Source: a virus. Taken from it: a stretch of 64,000 bases of DNA. Positions 61,919 to 64,000 of this stretch are shown here, in pieces. Numbering within the stretch: the stretch's first letter is position 1; the number at the start of each line of letters is the position of its first letter. A program made the translations under genes and the position numbers. The stretch lies in the IMG/VR virus record IMGVR_UViG_3300045988_119411; one strand, given 5' to 3'. A model generated the notes under the pieces. That model was given only the letters and a program-made list of their open reading frames with translations. It made no database searches and was not told the origin of the DNA.

Positions 61919-62162
61919 AGCGGAAATCGTGTTCGTTGAAGTCTGCGAACGCCTGCTCAGCGCGGCACAGATCCTCTCGAGCTGCATCGTAGTGCGCTTT
62001 ACTGGCGGCAACGTGCTTTTCTGCTTCTTTGCGGTTGGACATTCCGTCAGCCTCATCGACCTTCTTGTTATAGGCTGATTTGGTGAGTTCCAGCGCGCTT
62101 CGGCGGACTGTAATGTCTCTGATCAAGAGGTTGTGTAGGTAGGAAAGCGTGGAATATTTCAT
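61917..62162 (-). CDS. Hypothetical protein
   Basis: ATG 62162 after AAAGGAGG. Confidence 0.5.
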   Translation of the reverse strand: MKYSTLSYLHNLLIRDITVRRSALELTKSAYNKKVDEADGMSNRKEAEKHVAASKAHYDAAREDLCRAEQAFADFNEHDFR

Positions 62163-62176
62163 GATGCTACCTCCTT

Positions 62177-62407
62177 TCACGCGAGCGGCAGGACACCGGA
62201 GCCAACGAGAACGCCGAGAACAGCAGACACGAGCATCCCGGCAAAGAGGATTGAAATTCTTCTGCGGAGCTTGGCGTTGCGCGCTGCCTCGGCGCGCCGG
62301 GCGTCGCGGAACCGGACTTCCGCGTGATGGCGATTGACGATAGGCTCGAAGACGTTCTCCGGCGTGATGGCGGGAAGGACGGTGAGATTAGAATGGAAAT
62401 GGTTCAT
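62177..62407 (-). CDS. Small protein with a C-terminal TM segment
   Basis: ISILFAGMLVSAVLGVLVGSGVL. RBS AGGAGG. Confidence 0.5.
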   Translation of the reverse strand: MNHFHSNLTVLPAITPENVFEPIVNRHHAEVRFRDARRAEAARNAKLRRRISILFAGMLVSAVLGVLVGSGVLPLA

Positions 62408-62437
62408 GATGTGACCTCCTGAATATTTGGTGTGTTT

Positions 62438-62486
62438 GTAATGCTACCGGGATTTTGGATTTGTCCCGGCTTTTGAAAAATTTTTT
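62438..62486 (-). promoter_or_regulatory. Leftward-arm motif copy A
   Basis: Minus strand: AAAAAATTTTTC...GGGACAAATCC-AAAAT-CCCGGTAGCATTA, 30 nt upstream of ATG 62407. Confidence 0.5.
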
Positions 62487-62838
62487 ACTGGGCGTATTTG
62501 ATCTCCAACGCAAGCTGATGGAGGAAATCTCCGTTTGGCAGCTTTCCTTTGTGGGGATCAATGGATGCGCCGAAAATCTGCTCAGACAGCTCCGGCGAAA
62601 TCCGAAGAAAGACCGCTTCTGCGGCATGGCGAATGGAGCGTTCGACGCGGCCCGGCGTAGTGTTGTGCTGCTTGGCAATTCTCGCATAGAGCCCATACGG
62701 GCCAGTGATGGGGATGCGGTGATAGCCTTTGTCTAAGAGAATGTGCAGCGCGGTGGAAATGTAGGCGTGACCGTCTAAGCTTGCGGGAACGCCGATGCGC
62801 TTGAGCAGCGTGTAGATTTTGCGGTCAAGTTCCTCCAT
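62485..62838 (-). CDS. Stand-alone Spo0A C-terminal (DNA-binding) domain protein
   Basis: IGVPASLDGHAYISTAL, LYARIAKQHNTTPGRVERSIRHAAEAVF and KLPNGDFLHQLA align with Bacillus Spo0A-C (IGVPAHIKGY..., TTASRVERAIRHAIEVAW, KPTNSEFIAMVA). No receiver domain. Confidence 0.8.
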   Translation of the reverse strand: MEELDRKIYTLLKRIGVPASLDGHAYISTALHILLDKGYHRIPITGPYGLYARIAKQHNTTPGRVERSIRHAAEAVFLRISPELSEQIFGASIDPHKGKLPNGDFLHQLALEIKYAQ

Positions 62839-62887
62839 AGTTGATTTCCCTTCCTTTTTCGATGTTTTTTGGGCTTCTGATTTCATC

Positions 62888-62919
62888 GTATCATTTGCTT
62901 AAAACGATTTATGTTACAT
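62888..62919 (-). promoter_or_regulatory. 32-bp element shared with 58512-58543, upstream of the Spo0A-C gene
   Basis: Same GTATCAT...TTATGTTACAT element, read on the plus strand. Confidence 0.45.
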
Positions 62920-62951
62920 GTAAAATGGGCATAAAAAATCCCGCAAAAGCC

Positions 62952-62982
62952 TTGACTTCTGCGGAAAATGGTCTTATATAAT
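62952..62982 (+). promoter_or_regulatory. Near-consensus sigma-A promoter
   Basis: TTGACT (62952-62957), 17-nt spacer, TATATAAT. Confidence 0.7.
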
Positions 62983-63025
62983 GGAAATGGGGACGATCGT
63001 GAATAAAAGTTTGGAGGTAGAAGTG

Positions 63026-63169
63026 ATGAGCAGGAGAGGAAACTGGTGCGAGTTTTGGAAAACGAATAGATGGAAAATTAACGACAATTTAATCGGAATG
63101 GTGTTGTCTACATTGTCTATTGTGTGTTTCCTTGCGTTTTTGACTTTGGTGTTACTCGGAAGATACTAA
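63026..63169 (+). CDS. Small membrane protein (47 aa) with moron-like architecture
   Basis: GGAGG RBS. MSRRGNWCEFWKTNRWKINDNLIGMVLSTLSIVCFLAFLTLVLLGRY. Has its own promoter and terminator. Confidence 0.55.
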   Translation: MSRRGNWCEFWKTNRWKINDNLIGMVLSTLSIVCFLAFLTLVLLGRY

Positions 63170-63171
63170 AA

Positions 63172-63200
63172 CAGCCGCTCACTGGGCGGCTGTTTTTGGT
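63172..63200. terminator. Rho-independent terminator (possibly bidirectional)
   Basis: CAGCCGC-TCACTGG-GCGGCTG followed by TTTTT. Confidence 0.75.
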
Positions 63201-63416
63201 TTATTGCCAGCTTATTTGAAGTTTGCGCTGATTCTTCGCGCAGTCACGGAGATACAGGTTGATCAGGGTTTGATAGGGAATACCGACGGAATCAGACTGC
63301 TCCTTGAAGTAGTCGATGGTGGTGGTATCGAGGTTGATGGAAATTTGCCGCTTGAGCTGAGCAGCATAAGGATTTTTCCGAGGATTTAGTTTGCTGATGT
63401 CATATTCGTCAAGCAT
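63201..63416 (-). CDS. brnA: BrnA-like antitoxin
   Basis: 71 aa. LNPRKNPYA...ISINLDTTTIDYFKEQSDSVGIPYQTLINLYLRDC. Confidence 0.75.
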   Translation of the reverse strand: MLDEYDISKLNPRKNPYAAQLKRQISINLDTTTIDYFKEQSDSVGIPYQTLINLYLRDCAKNQRKLQISWQ

Positions 63417-63422
63417 AATATA

Positions 63423-63719
63423 TTACCATCCTTTCATATAGAAGCCCCGTTCTTTGTTGGTTGCTTTTCTGGCTGAGATGATCCGAATTACGTTATCACT
63501 GTCTCGGTCTCGGTAGCAATGGCTTACGATGCAAATTTTCCCGGAATCAATGGTTCCGATAACGAGAAAGCGGTCTTCTTCATCAGAGTGCTCGGGATCG
63601 TCGAACATGATGGCGAAATCATCGTAGAAGACCTGGCGGGCCGTCTCAAAAGACATGCCGTGCTTTTGCTTGTTGATTTCATTCTTTTCGGGGTCCCATT
63701 CAAATTTTAGTATCTCCAT
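63423..63719 (-). CDS. brnT: BrnT-like toxin (DUF497)
   Basis: FEWDPEKNEINKQKHGMSFETARQVFYD...RIISARKATNKER. Confidence 0.8.
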   Translation of the reverse strand: MEILKFEWDPEKNEINKQKHGMSFETARQVFYDDFAIMFDDPEHSDEEDRFLVIGTIDSGKICIVSHCYRDRDSDNVIRIISARKATNKERGFYMKGW

Positions 63720-63786
63720 AATTATATTATAATTATCCCATATTATTTGTCAAGAGAAATTCGTCAGAATTAGAACACATGCGTTG

Positions 63787-64000
63787 TCATTCGAAATAGA
63801 CCTGATCTCCGATTTGGAGCGTGACAAGGAAAACTTTTTCTCCGTCTACCTCTGCCATGATTGCCCATGTTTCTTGCAGCATGGCTCCATAGGTGTTTTC
63901 CGATTCAACAGTTCCAGCCATGCTATAAATACCGTCTGTGCCTTTTTCAAACGCACACTCAGACATGGGGCAGAACTTTGCACTGGATGGCGATTTCAGA
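63787..64000 (-). CDS. Hypothetical protein, possibly truncated by the window edge
   Basis: The frame stays open to position 64000. A possible ATG lies at 63966. Confidence 0.3.
   Translation of the reverse strand, partial: LKSPSSAKFCPMSECAFEKGTDGIYSMAGTVESENTYGAMLQETWAIMAEVDGEKVFLVTLQIGDQVYFE

Larger units (their letters stand above)
313..62886. mobile_element. Temperate tailed phage genome / prophage (siphovirus-like); rightward arm 889-43241, leftward arm 43279-62886; true ends not determined
   Basis: Contiguous lysogeny switch, recombination, packaging, head, fibre, tape-measure, tail, lysis, integrase and accessory genes. Only two strand switches. Confidence 0.85.

Noticed and set aside
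52548-62486. CRISPR array, considered because of the recurring ~30-bp hairpin-containing motif
   Set aside because: The copies are 0.6-7 kb apart, separated by genes rather than regular 30-40-bp spacers, and not identical. No cas genes are present.

Overview
The window is almost entirely one temperate tailed-phage genome or prophage, GC-rich with GGAGG-type RBSs typical of Clostridia. No att sites or ends could be fixed by eye. A rightward arm (889-43241) starts at a CI/Cro-type switch. It continues through a Rha regulator and a YqaJ/DUF1351/RecT/SSB-like recombination module, then small early genes and dUTPase. After a terminator come the terminase, portal, protease-scaffold and capsid genes, a fibre block, a 1727-aa tape measure, tail-tip proteins, holins and an amidase endolysin. 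A bidirectional terminator at 43248-43280 separates it from a leftward arm (62886 down to 43279). That arm carries a Spo0A C-terminal-domain protein, a DUF3560 protein, a tyrosine integrase, about 1.4 kb of ORF-free structured sequence, one canonical tRNA-Met(CAT) and an HU gene. It then carries a MazF-like protein coupled to a cysteine desulfurase, and ASCH, DPPY methyltransferase, radical-SAM and PP-loop (PAPS-reductase/DndC-like) genes. Last come HNH, a Lar-family protein and many small Cys-rich proteins. A small membrane-protein moron and a BrnT/BrnA toxin-antitoxin pair close the window. Three leads stand out. (1) The desulfurase + PP-loop + radical-SAM + methyltransferase + ASCH set looks like a non-canonical phage thiolation or hypermodification system. 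(2) The ORF-free locus holds several non-canonical tRNA-like modules, one without an anticodon loop, and appears co-transcribed with tRNA-Met and HU. (3) A motif of about 45 bp (ACAAATC-N6-10-CCGGTAGC after an A/T tract) recurs seven times upstream of leftward genes and resembles no sigma-A promoter. All protein calls rest on remembered family motifs read from the ORF track. No searches were run.
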